From a virus (lineage: Duplodnaviria; Caudoviricetes): 64,000 nucleotides of DNA. This document shows positions 58,001-64,000 of the stretch, one piece after another. The position numbers and the translations under genes were made by a program. Location of the stretch: positions 2,004-66,003 of IMG/VR virus record IMGVR_UViG_3300046517_000890, one strand, 5' to 3'. Within the stretch, counting starts at the first letter, position 1, and every line of letters starts with the position of its first letter. The notes under the pieces were generated by a model that did not search any database, was not told the origin of the DNA, and saw only the letters and a program-made list of their open reading frames with translations.

Positions 58001-59524
58001 AACGACATGCGCTCGACCATCAACCTCAAGGCCGACTCCGCCGTCGGGCGCCTATACGACCAGCTCCTGCGCGGGTGGAAGATGAGCAAGACGGCCCTCT
58101 CGCCGGCCGTCCACACGAACAACGTCATGTCCAACTTCGTGCTCGCCGATATGGCCGACGTTCACTTCGAGCACATCCGCAAGGCGCTCAGCGCGATCAT
58201 CGACTCCCAGCGCGGCAACGCCGCTGCGAAGACGCTCATGGAGCGCTACAACTCCTCCGGCGCCGAAGGCTCATCGCACGCCGCGGTAGAGCTGCGCACC
58301 GAGATCATCGAGCCGATGCTGAAGGAGCTTGAGCAGGAGCACGACGAGACGCTCCGCAAGACGGGGATCATGCAGGCGATCGCGCTCGGGCTGCGCGGCA
58401 ACCTGCGCCAGTCCCTCGCCGCGCTGCACGCCTCGAAGGCGGCCCAGGTCGCCACCGCCCCCTTCAAGATCATGGTGGAGGCCTACCGCGAGGAGGACAC
58501 GATCTTCCGCCTGGCGAAGTTCATCAGGGAGACCGAGGCCGGGAAGAGCGACAAGGTCGCCGGCCGAGAGGCGCGCAAGTCGATCCTCGACTACAACATC
58601 AACGCCCCGTGGGTGCAGGCGCTGCGCCGCGGGCCGTTGCCCTTCCTCTCCTTCAGCTACCGCGCGATCCCGATCCTTCTCGACACCGCGGCCCACAAGC
58701 CGTGGAAGATGATGAAGTACTTCGCCGTCGGCTACGCGCTGAACGCGCTCGCCTACGCGATGCTGGGAGGCTCAGGCGACGAGGACAAGGAGCGCAAGCT
58801 CATGCCGGAGGAGAAGTCCGGCCGCTCGCTCGGCGTCTTCTACCGGATGCTGCGCATGCCGTGGAACGACGAGAACGGAGCACCAGTATTCATGGACATT
58901 CGCCGCTGGATTCCGGGCGGCGACATCGTGGACCTGAACGGCTCGCAGGGCGCGATCCCGCTCCCGAGCTGGCTCTCCGTCGGCGGCCCGATCTCACTGG
59001 GCATCGAGATGGCCGCCAACAAGGACATGTTCACCGGCAAGACGATCGTCAAAGACTCCGACGAATACGGAGAGAAGATGGTCAAGATCATGGATCACAT
59101 CGCGAAGTTCATCATGCCGAACGTGCCGATCCCGAACCCGGCAGGCTACGTCGCCGACGAGATGTTCGGCGAGCGCGGACTCTTCCAGACCTACTCGTGG
59201 AAGTCTGTGCTCGGCGCCGGCACCGGGGAGACTGACGCCTTCGGCCGCGAGCGCAACCTCGCGCAGTCTGCCGCATCCGCCGCTGGCGTCAAGATCGGGT
59301 CGCAGCCGGAGGACGTGGCGAAGAGCAATCTCAGGGCGAAGACCGCCTCGGCTCAGCGCGAGATCAGCGAGAACATCTCCGCGCTCCGCCGCGAGCGCCA
59401 CCGCGTGGAGGAGAACCCGGACGCGCAGGAGAATGTGGATGCGCGCATCGCGCGCCAGCGCGAGAAGAGCCGCGCGATCCAGCGCAAGTACTCCGACAAA
59501 ATCGGCCTGGAGCCGAACCCCTAG
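49016..59524 (+). CDS. Giant polyvalent virion protein (3502 aa)
   Basis: Hydrophobic N-terminal region; HELLH metallopeptidase (~51180); FRAIHDYFGH domain; two ART-like domains (VHYS; WFGDSKVV..YHGT..GYDG..EQIKS); TIDRWFMR domain; pyrophosphatase-like (YGY..GT...DGEHMD..FDEHK); GNAT-like; LPD38-like C-terminus. Confidence 0.92.
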   Translation: MGRFSEYGSLIDEAAQPSTAPAPRFSGEPVPQDEPTRAPKFSGEPVEEQKTNSDDDASVSARDYLSSLDQGFNTAGADLGELVRRVPLVGDKLKQAGDALDRSFFGQSPDEALKNASKEFSPSYQESREKSWWDSKEKWFGPAWTDPNSYISGMLESLPEEAMTIAPAMKLAKGAFTIALAKTGSETLAANAAARTAMIVGGASEGALAGAQSSRQVRDDINALPDDTLRQSDAVKSLMDQGMSFEDARKEVADNAATKAFFLAGATTGIFSGLGDRALAKIIMGNAGGVAKRIIKGAVAEGVLEEFPQSYLQQVSQNFAMRDVKPDQDLFDDALNQGLAGLALGAVQGGAMGGAFGHHTETTANKEPLPASSVLGEQQSQPALPAPSMPMGQPTTDYEAQRRSDAADAHAAEVYAARDAEEQRRSESPFTPVDQLSDEQAARQREHEARGGIKSLLADTEAIFGEITKRPAILDTIEKAARALPVEQQQDVRSAIDELVANPKAIWKMATERPQVLNTITQATEQAQRLYQPEQVLGADPRDAADGLLHYMSRKGSGPTKIAAQAEIARREAVRSAGLSENDKTLAQKMFGRKELTEDERRRAIEMGLGRQRVNGTWELTPQAKELRAQLREERTQQAIAQKGQPSDQALIDRVNKAGGYDFQAAGVPGTADASAGQAIAKSFGKRIVWFSSERPIHGASYGGNLYVNVNSSRPHLTVIGHELLHSLRESNEDIYQGLLKRLVPVMKGVGEYRNWLAQQLAIEGKEMSPEELDNTSHEELVADFLGDHMTKPEFWREVFKSQPKSFVEQMLAHLRAAIESIRTRLQQGQALGYGTEQFIGNAEAVRKALADAYNAWAKEATISNEATDGSIRQSRAGSPGERGVQSHVGEGGRGAPGEGLAGNERAGAGSARARGPGAEGRSPLDVARALAPHYNPQFKVPESSLAKQGAIGKTYEAAAAASPAYQKAVFAAYEKSMPVVLEGDSYSQIDSYKKLIQRSYESLAKEVKREYDEIAKDITIEYHSGEHQYASSDAMRDDVLKNKHLWVYEGGERHEFLGDTDPTTGRTYNEMFRAIHDYFGHVVTGAQFGPKGEEQAWASHVQMMPKLARIAMTSETRGQNSFVNYSPINIEVLERVRKLRRDEAPQKAIDAEFAKFQYAKQASVALPPEMLDPRYAGGMPAYMRAAIEPTNPIEAKLVHYSPKGNLTETDPSFYGTGLRGEEADRVAGGALKRTYFYLEGQTAEYGVGANRYEAQGTKLYDLSKDPENLRVLAAHYHMATPWSVNQKEATSAMERLIYDRGYDGYTSPTFGAAAVFEKLPVTKAPGELKLSREREDAAARAAIDKIINDPKFQEELKEQAYLKDFLKNLTANVEAKAAYGKLLAKFHNWKWDVGTTLLSKTTGKTYKIADRSFSPPRDKFSTMVPTYLVRGSDGSRQFLSEARMEEGNAFVPLTGEEPKLSRERDVTQTPEFKRWFGDSKVVDAEGKPLVVYHGTPRGGFSEFDENTLGTTTDGGYYGPGFYFTSQPGEAGFYAQKMGGARASIYPAFLSLKNPFVVNFRTHTDGSDTITRAKALGIDIGFSGFFKNGPAAREIMEKAGYDGVLALRSDRENTEAVAFRPEQIKSAIGNRGTFDEKSPNIMLSRDRSLDTGIKLTRAEMGASLDQFVYGDQVPPQFNTIRQAAEFIEDRAKTLNGDKDRSEFNDKNVEAVAKIMAHEGLLAAKQSGSSIGWYRKNLERALATAALLHPEIGTDKNARFAFTYALAVTSNGTTVRENSRYSFEAYRKYVDNDGKMPFYGKGTRGPAMAQAFTAFNRMLKEFGSIDELREFMLSKHDGITLKKAFPKIRELTSEEVYGGTVIGSKIGGGFLQNLNGNYDALTIDRWFMRTWGRMTAHLTTRAGLKSDTGIIDAPSAPSVRAYIRRTAERALEHMRENGKRAEMSDLQALLWYPEKDFYHMMGVADENSNPTSYHEEITKYVQSKGIDTAAAGERVLPSERGRGGNSGDELAGREAPGRVVQEEARPEEVVDQAAHEAATSPKNELPEPTPAQKEAGNYQKGHVRIAGLDISIENPAGSERTFTKPNGEEGSRTMQSHYGYVRGTVSGDGEHMDIFIKPGTLPDYAGPMFVIDQRKPGNGAFDEHKVVMGWPTMTEAKAAYQENYQRNWDGITSISRFENPAAFKSWLESGNTEKPAAEELKLSRDRDGRPGERFEMRLELARQQNGDWMSPDSRYEVVREPDGYYAKVDGSEIGWGRDFQRAKSFLTARFNQEVEAGTIKNPNDAKSVINRYTADQQHAVVDVWKKIAALPSAFRFTQTDAKDAKQIAKDIGADRVMTRVYTDPADMKAAPEGIIYVDFIDGNEAAIHFDNVDGTAQVAAQEMTQGGFGAQLYQLALAWAHNNKYVLVPDTSLTYVNTFRRTEQMISAALRYGTTKYMRPHLDQGLYGWINKPQTKTDEEHNLALMLLSSYENVMGAEADKRSKIIDTLRDLRYNFTSQKFETADGKVFTNQDWRQLAERDHKSGDTGNGVTTLQRAVLTQSVLDESRKRNGKGLAALVQAAPGNAILDGDHPLRGVLYSRQRDTGSGQVAQPAGAPKGGAVLRAALSTARAATAAVRPVTAALDLANRGADLLLKVPGKLLIAPVTSRLYDRVVGLGQWLAKNSTLAQEAAHGLIADYGLPEPYLDARQERESRIQSVLRSSKEMIDRIASLDRAQARVAYTWMQEKPDTDTEKRLLAQLPPESRQALAGMKEQIDQLGQEAVKLGLLSKESFDRNRMAYLHRTYKKHELENPGRAAAGTRAKSIRADAYRGRGLRDDVAASRLPGVQQGDKYLRLEDRAPGTDGGLGALQRVVYLPAGKPVPQTYSGWRQDGVWEARFMEKQGQVGMWRDLTPEERQRLGEIDEVRYAFARTMLATTRDIETARFLKWTFDNYAKTESEVEELGGTIAEAVDSLVTLKVYADNEWVKVPTSYAQGTKIPKYGALAGAHVPGHIWNDMRSTINLKADSAVGRLYDQLLRGWKMSKTALSPAVHTNNVMSNFVLADMADVHFEHIRKALSAIIDSQRGNAAAKTLMERYNSSGAEGSSHAAVELRTEIIEPMLKELEQEHDETLRKTGIMQAIALGLRGNLRQSLAALHASKAAQVATAPFKIMVEAYREEDTIFRLAKFIRETEAGKSDKVAGREARKSILDYNINAPWVQALRRGPLPFLSFSYRAIPILLDTAAHKPWKMMKYFAVGYALNALAYAMLGGSGDEDKERKLMPEEKSGRSLGVFYRMLRMPWNDENGAPVFMDIRRWIPGGDIVDLNGSQGAIPLPSWLSVGGPISLGIEMAANKDMFTGKTIVKDSDEYGEKMVKIMDHIAKFIMPNVPIPNPAGYVADEMFGERGLFQTYSWKSVLGAGTGETDAFGRERNLAQSAASAAGVKIGSQPEDVAKSNLRAKTASAQREISENISALRRERHRVEENPDAQENVDARIARQREKSRAIQRKYSDKIGLEPNP
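51621..51791 (+). CDS. Nested +1-frame ORF 1 (56 aa, helical)
   Basis: TACAAT 51598, GAGG RBS, MDQSDNHAPEALVNEEFKAMWAKVDEERRAKGLPAMSEQEQGALVREALARKAAAR; G/C-ending codons in this frame. Confidence 0.65.
   Translation: MDQSDNHAPEALVNEEFKAMWAKVDEERRAKGLPAMSEQEQGALVREALARKAAAR
52997..55626 (+). repeat. Dispersed junction repeat (GAGCTG)AAGCTCTCGCGCGA encoding KLSR(E/D)R
   Basis: 20-nt identity 52997-53016 vs 55607-55626; 17-nt identity 53003-53019 vs 53393-53409; degenerate copy ~53939. Confidence 0.8.
54951..55103 (+). CDS. Nested +1-frame ORF 2 (50 aa)
   Basis: GAGGAG RBS, MSNPKESTLPQQASAYYHPSEDGEETLEMNSQDAKRLAESFKKKPAPKKS; native codon usage in this frame. Confidence 0.62.
   Translation: MSNPKESTLPQQASAYYHPSEDGEETLEMNSQDAKRLAESFKKKPAPKKS
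56469..56497 (+). promoter_or_regulatory. Intragenic sigma70-like promoter with operator-like palindrome
   Basis: TCGACA-17-TATAAT; CACGTTGCGTG 56473-56483. Confidence 0.55.
56526..56873 (+). CDS. Nested +1-frame ORF 3 (115 aa)
   Basis: MAKSLPIRTGGSSLNVTINPVILATASRLFRE...WPHWFRLLRG...; downstream of intragenic promoter; host frame loses codon bias here; weak RBS. Confidence 0.45.
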   Translation: MAKSLPIRTGGSSLNVTINPVILATASRLFRERCSRNPFSTSPESATEKDWPHWFRLLRGTPFSMATILSAVSSTPDSAILEAGRWLSPQALRRAERFCALRSRRHAPPPPPSGR

Positions 59525-59724
59525 CAGGTCTTTGAGCAGCGATCGCGCGTGTCCGCGCAGGCTGCCATGCGTTTCTCCGCGACCTCTTTGTCCTCGATCG
59601 CGTTCGGTGGGGAGATGCAGGAGCTGTACATCGAGAGGCATTCTCGCTGGCACTTCGTGTTGTATTGGCCAAGGCCACCGCACCCGGCAAGCGCGAGCGC
59701 CAGGCTACATGCGAGTGATCTCAT
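59521..59724 (-). CDS. Small Cys-rich lipoprotein
   Basis: Lipobox LALAGC; multiple Cys. Confidence 0.6.
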   Translation of the reverse strand: MRSLACSLALALAGCGGLGQYNTKCQRECLSMYSSCISPPNAIEDKEVAEKRMAACADTRDRCSKTC

Positions 59725-59899
59725 ACCAGTAGCCTCCGAAGCAGAGTGCGAGTAGGAGCAGCGTGCCGATCAGCGCATCGGCCCTATTCCTGGTGCTGGT
59801 GCCGCTGATTCCGGCGAACGCCGCGGTGACGATGATGGCCAGCCCGAGCGAGCCGACGCCGCCTACGATGAGCCAGTACGGGATGGCGGCGAGCTGCAT
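59705..59899 (-). CDS. Small two-TM membrane protein
   Basis: Two hydrophobic segments. Confidence 0.55.
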   Translation of the reverse strand: MQLAAIPYWLIVGGVGSLGLAIIVTAAFAGISGTSTRNRADALIGTLLLLALCFGGYWYEITRM

Positions 59900-59911
59900 G
59901 AGTGCGCAATG

Positions 59912-60388
59912 CTACTTCTTCGGATAGAGCTTTTCAAGCTCCGCGGGCGTCATCCAGCGCCAGGGTCGAATAAAGCGCACGCCCTCCCAGCGCCCGATCT
60001 CCATCTTCATCAGCGGTATTCGATCCTGATCTCCAGCAAGCAATCGCGCCAGAAGTATGGCGCGCACTTCGTCTTCGGTGAGCGGACGGCCTTTGTCCTC
60101 CGCCGCGCTCAGCAGCGCGCGCTCTTGAGCGCTATCCACCTTGAGATCGGCAGGCACCACGGCGAACCGCACGATCCACTTTACAGACGGCGATCCAGGC
60201 CTGTCCTTAGTCAGCGAACGCTGGCCCGGTAGGTGAACGATCAACGTCGCGTTGCGCGCGGCGTCGTACTCCCTGGTGATCTTTCGATCTGCGAGTGTCT
60301 TCAAGAGGGTGTTCTCCCGCGAGATGTTGTCCATGAGCAGGCGGTACTGCTTGTTCTTGAAGTCGCTCGAAATAATCGACGTGGCCAT
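59912..60388 (-). CDS. Hypothetical protein
   Basis: 158-aa ORF, protein-like composition. Confidence 0.65.
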   Translation of the reverse strand: MATSIISSDFKNKQYRLLMDNISRENTLLKTLADRKITREYDAARNATLIVHLPGQRSLTKDRPGSPSVKWIVRFAVVPADLKVDSAQERALLSAAEDKGRPLTEDEVRAILLARLLAGDQDRIPLMKMEIGRWEGVRFIRPWRWMTPAELEKLYPKK

Positions 60389-60389
60389 A

Positions 60390-60421
60390 TTGACTCAACA
60401 CGAAACGTGATGCAGTATAGC
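60390..60421 (+). promoter_or_regulatory. Promoter with operator for terminal operon
   Basis: TTGACT 60390-60395; AACACGAAACGTGAT 60397-60411. Confidence 0.7.
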
Positions 60422-60448
60422 GGGGGTTTTAGCCATGTCAACTATCCA

Positions 60449-60895
60449 ATGACGACGATTGCCTGCGACCGTGAGCAAATGGTGTCCGACTCCAGGGTCA
60501 CGACACCGGGCGGCCCGTCCTATCCAGCGGTGAAGATCATCCGCGTGAAGGATCGCATCATCGGTGCGTGCGGCCACAACGGCGACTGCACGCGCTTCCT
60601 CGAATGGGCGAAGAAAGAATTCAAGGGCACAGAGCCGAAGTGGATTCTGCCGGCGAGCGATGAGAGCGCCGTCGAGGGCATCGTGCTCGACAAGGACGGC
60701 ATCTATCTGTGGAACAGTGGTGACCCGGAGCCCGAGCGCCTGCTGAACGTCGAGCAGTTCGCGGTGGGCTCCGGCGGTTGCGCTGCGCGCGTCGCGATGA
60801 TTCTCGGAAAGAGCGTCACCGAGGCAGTCGAGCTGGCGTGCCGGGTTGACGACAACAGCGGCATGCCGCTCCAAGTTCTGAAGCTCAAGGAATGA
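60449..60895 (+). CDS. Ntn-hydrolase (HslV/proteasome-beta-like) protease
   Basis: MTTIA N-terminal Thr, SDSR, KI, FAVGSG, AVELACRVD..SG. Confidence 0.82.
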   Translation: MTTIACDREQMVSDSRVTTPGGPSYPAVKIIRVKDRIIGACGHNGDCTRFLEWAKKEFKGTEPKWILPASDESAVEGIVLDKDGIYLWNSGDPEPERLLNVEQFAVGSGGCAARVAMILGKSVTEAVELACRVDDNSGMPLQVLKLKE

Positions 60896-62484
60896 AGCTC
60901 CGCTGCCCGAAGTGCGGAAGTGGTGTGAGCAAGGGTGGCACCGTCTCCGGCCCGAAAGGCAAGACAGGACAGCAGCGCTGGCACTGTCAAGACGATCGCG
61001 GCACTGGGTGTACCTGGCACGGCACACAAGCGATCGGCATCACCGATCTCAACGCCGGCATCGACAAGCGCGAGGTCGCGATCCTGCACCGTCGCATAAA
61101 GGGCGACGATCGTCACGTCCGCCGCTACGTCATCACAGCCGCACAGAATGCCACGCCAGTGCATACCCAGTTCTTCGCCGGCCTCATCTCCTACTGCAAG
61201 CACAACTCCGCTCAGCTCCTCGTAATCCCGTACCGCTACAAGAACCCCACGTCCTTCTGGGGTGAGGAGGCGAAGTCCGAGGACTGGTGGGCGAAGGAGA
61301 CGGTGCCGTACCTCTACCCGGTGCGCCATCAGCTCAACAAGAATCTGATCGTGCTGGGCGACATCAAGACCCAGCCCACGGCCAGCTCACCGCTCTCCGG
61401 CTTCGAGACCATCGCTGGCGGGCAGAGCGCCATCATCGGCCACCCCAAGCTCGAACTCACCACCGTCGCAACTCCCCAGCAGCAGCTCCCCAAGATTCTC
61501 ACCACTACCGGCGCCTGCACGCAGAAGAACTACATCCCGAGCAAGGCCGGCAAGCAGGGGGAGTTCCATCACACCTTCGGCGCTTGCGTCGTGGAGGTGG
61601 AGGGCGATCTCTTCCACATGCGCCAGATCAACGCGCTCAGCGACGGCAGCTTCATGGACATGGAGTGGGAGTACGTCGGCGCCAAGCGCATGCGTATCCT
61701 GCGCGCCGCGGCGCTCGTGATGGGCGACACGCACGTGAAGTTCGTCGATCCGCAGGTCCAGGAAGCCACCTTCGGCAAGAAGGGCATCATCGCGCGCCTG
61801 AAGCCCAAGGTGCTCGTGTGGCATGACGTGTTCGACTGCTACGCCGGCAGCCACCACGATCGCGACAAGGCGATCATCAACTACGTCAAGCACCACACCG
61901 GGAACGGCAACGTCGAGCGCGAGCTGCGCGAGGCGATCGCCTTCATGGACGACAACACGCCAGCGGACACCACGAACGTGGTCGTGCCGTCCAACCACCC
62001 GAACGAGCACCTGTGGCGCTGGGTGAACGAGACCGACCCGCGGCGCGATCCTGAGAACGCGATCTTCTGGGCGCAGAGCTACGTGGCGATGTGCCAGCTC
62101 TCGAAGATGGGCGACGGTGGAGTGGCGAGCATCGACATCTTCACGTACTGGGGCAAGCAGTTGCTGAAGCACAAGGACACGGTCTTCCTGCACACCGACG
62201 AGAGCTACCTCCTGCACGGCGTGGAGCTTGGCATCCACGGGCACATCGGTGCCAACGGCGCACGCGGCTCGCGCAAGGCCTTCGGGAAGATCGGGGTCAA
62301 GACCATCATCGGCCACGCCCACAGCCCGGGCGTGAAGGACGGCGTCTACCAGGTCGGCACCAGCTCGCGGCTGCGGCTCTCGTACACGCGCGGACCATCG
62401 TCGTGGCTGCACACGCACTGCATTCTCTACCCGAACGGCAAGCGCACGCTCATCAACATCATCGAGGGGAAGTACACCGCATGA
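60892..62484 (+). CDS. Calcineurin-like metallophosphoesterase with N-terminal zinc ribbon
   Basis: CPKC..QRWHC; GDTH, HDVFD, SNH, HGH, GHAHS. Confidence 0.85.
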   Translation: MKLRCPKCGSGVSKGGTVSGPKGKTGQQRWHCQDDRGTGCTWHGTQAIGITDLNAGIDKREVAILHRRIKGDDRHVRRYVITAAQNATPVHTQFFAGLISYCKHNSAQLLVIPYRYKNPTSFWGEEAKSEDWWAKETVPYLYPVRHQLNKNLIVLGDIKTQPTASSPLSGFETIAGGQSAIIGHPKLELTTVATPQQQLPKILTTTGACTQKNYIPSKAGKQGEFHHTFGACVVEVEGDLFHMRQINALSDGSFMDMEWEYVGAKRMRILRAAALVMGDTHVKFVDPQVQEATFGKKGIIARLKPKVLVWHDVFDCYAGSHHDRDKAIINYVKHHTGNGNVERELREAIAFMDDNTPADTTNVVVPSNHPNEHLWRWVNETDPRRDPENAIFWAQSYVAMCQLSKMGDGGVASIDIFTYWGKQLLKHKDTVFLHTDESYLLHGVELGIHGHIGANGARGSRKAFGKIGVKTIIGHAHSPGVKDGVYQVGTSSRLRLSYTRGPSSWLHTHCILYPNGKRTLINIIEGKYTA

Positions 62485-62576
62485 GCATCCTGATCTACTC
62501 GCTCTACATCATCGGCTCGCTCTGCTTCGTCGCCGGCTCCACGCTGGCGCTTCTCGGGGCGATCGGGTGGGTCTGA
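62481..62576 (+). CDS. Small hydrophobic protein
   Basis: MSILIYSLYIIGSLCFVAGSTLALL. Confidence 0.5.
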   Translation: MSILIYSLYIIGSLCFVAGSTLALLGAIGWV

Positions 62577-62803
62577 GGGATACCGCCACGGTCGGCACCT
62601 TCGATCGCACGATCGCCAGGATGCTCAACCATCTGCCGCGCAGGCGCACGGCATTCTGGTACGAGGACAAGCTGCACTGCGCCACAGACGATGAGAGTCG
62701 GTCACGCGCAGGGCGCAGGTTCAACAAGCTCGTGCGCTTCGCCGGCAACGTCGGCAGCGCTCGGGTGAATGGCTTCGGAGATCGTCGTCTTGGAAACACC
62801 TGA
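62567..62803 (+). CDS. Hypothetical protein
   Basis: Fills operon gap, native codon usage. Confidence 0.45.
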   Translation: MGLRDTATVGTFDRTIARMLNHLPRRRTAFWYEDKLHCATDDESRSRAGRRFNKLVRFAGNVGSARVNGFGDRRLGNT

Positions 62804-63053
62804 CCTCGTCAACGGCCTGTTCGAGTTCTTCGGATCGATCATGCTCTGGAGGAACGTCCTTCAGCTCTACCGCGACAAGATGGTCCGCGGCGTCCACTGG
62901 TCAGCCACCGGCTTCTTCGCCGCGTGGGGCTACTGGAATCTTTTCTACTACCCGCACCTCGGCCAGTGGCTGAGCTTCGCCGGGGGCATCAGCATCGTCA
63001 CCGCCAACACGGTTTGGCTCTACCAGATGGCCTACTACATGAGGAAGGCATGA
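62769..63053 (+). CDS. PQ-loop/SemiSWEET-like 3-TM protein
   Basis: LQLYRDKMVRGVHW followed by TMs. Confidence 0.65.
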   Translation: MASEIVVLETPDLVNGLFEFFGSIMLWRNVLQLYRDKMVRGVHWSATGFFAAWGYWNLFYYPHLGQWLSFAGGISIVTANTVWLYQMAYYMRKA

Positions 63054-63664
63054 CCACGATCGAAGTCTTGAAGGCGACCCGCAAGGGCAACTGGATGCAG
63101 ACCTACACCGGCAAGGCCTACTGGCCGTGCGACCCGAAGACGGAGGAGGTGGACATCCACGACATCGCGCACGCGCTCTCGCTCATCTGCCGCTACACCG
63201 GCCACTGCAAGAAGTTCTACAGCGTGGCCGAGCACAGCGTCCACGTCTCGCACCTGGTGCCGCCGGAGTACGCCTTCTACGGGCTCATGCACGACGCCCA
63301 GGAGGCTTACGTCAACGACATCGCCCGGCCGCTGAAGCCGAGCATCGCAGGCTACCAGGAGATCGAGGAGATGAACTGGCGCGTGATCTGCGACAAGTAC
63401 CGCATGCCCTACGAGCTGCCGAGGGAGGTCAAGGAGATCGACCGCCGCATCTGCATGGACGAGCAGGCCGCGATCATGGGTCCGTCGCCATTCCCGTGGG
63501 ACAAAGACCTGGGCCTCCCGACCGGCATCGGTATCTGCGCCTGGGCGCCGGAGAAGGCCGAGCAGATGTTCATCGCTCGCTTCCGCGAGACCGGGGCCGC
63601 GCACGTGAAGCGTGTGCTGCGCGACGTGGCCCTGGAGAAGATCATGGCTGTGAGGGGCGTATGA
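63050..63664 (+). CDS. HD-domain 5'-deoxynucleotidase (YfbR/YfdR-like)
   Basis: DIAHALSLICRYTGH, YSVAEHSV, LMHDAQEAY..DI..PLK. Confidence 0.9.
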   Translation: MTTIEVLKATRKGNWMQTYTGKAYWPCDPKTEEVDIHDIAHALSLICRYTGHCKKFYSVAEHSVHVSHLVPPEYAFYGLMHDAQEAYVNDIARPLKPSIAGYQEIEEMNWRVICDKYRMPYELPREVKEIDRRICMDEQAAIMGPSPFPWDKDLGLPTGIGICAWAPEKAEQMFIARFRETGAAHVKRVLRDVALEKIMAVRGV

Positions 63665-64000
63665 AGCTCATCGGCGTCACGGGCAGGGCCGGCTCCGGCA
63701 AGGACACGGTGGCCGACTACCTATGCAAGCACCACGGCTTCTACAAGTACAGCTTCGCCGCGCCGCTGAAGGAGATGCTCAAGGTCATCGGCGTGTTCGA
63801 CGATCGCGCGACGAAGGAGCTGCCGCACCCGGTCTTCGGCGTATCGCCGCGCCGTATGATGCAAACGCTGGGCACGGATTGGGGACGCGACACGATCTGC
63901 GACGACATCTGGCTGCGCGTCGCCGAGCAGCGCCTCCGCGGCGGCGCTACGATCGTGCTGAACAGCTACCAGTACATGGGCAACGAGATCAGCGACGTGG
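63661..64000 (+). CDS. Deoxynucleoside monophosphate kinase (truncated by window)
   Basis: IGVTGRAGSGKDTVA, SFAAPLKE, SPRRMMQTLGTDWGR. Confidence 0.9.
   Translation, partial: MKLIGVTGRAGSGKDTVADYLCKHHGFYKYSFAAPLKEMLKVIGVFDDRATKELPHPVFGVSPRRMMQTLGTDWGRDTICDDIWLRVAEQRLRGGATIVLNSYQYMGNEISDV

Noticed and set aside
63050-63664. DatZ-like dATPase implying a Z-genome
   Set aside because: No purZ or DNA polymerase in the window; motifs fit ordinary YfbR/YfdR-like HD proteins

Overview
The window is almost the whole genome of one GC-rich temperate tailed phage or prophage, truncated at both ends, with no host genes visible. It looks podovirus-like: N4-gp56-type capsid, P22-like portal and nozzle, ejection proteins, and an overall architecture resembling Bcep22-like Burkholderia phages. 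The SSB sequence suggests a betaproteobacterial host. Layout: (1) leftward early operon 7.6 kb->1 with PagP-like barrel, ERF, YqaJ exonuclease, SSB, beta-clamp, DUF1643, SleB-like hydrolase and tyrosine integrase; (2) CI-like repressor; (3) rightward replication/nin/Q block 8.4-12.2 kb; (4) a second leftward early operon 19.7->12.1 kb with a MoxR AAA+/DUF3150-like/DUF2201-vWA module; (5) late operon 20.1-59.5 kb with accessory virion proteins, lysis, terminase, portal, scaffold, capsid, tail and a 3502-aa polyvalent protein; (6) terminal block with Ntn protease, metallophosphoesterase, HD hydrolase and dNMP kinase. The strongest unusual signal is in the giant gene. Its domains are joined by a recurrent (K/M)LSR(E/D)R motif that is also a 17-20 nt DNA repeat. 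It also contains two or three small +1-frame nested ORFs, each just after an enzymatic domain. Two have a good RBS and native codon usage; the third follows a sigma70 promoter carrying the phage operator. This is a candidate embedded effector/antidote system. Other signals: a CACG-N3-CGTG operator in every major promoter, a G6-TA-G8 tract before an initiator lacking its N-terminal domain, a duplicated two-hairpin leader RNA, and two small broken genes. All family assignments are by motif recognition from memory; no searches were run.
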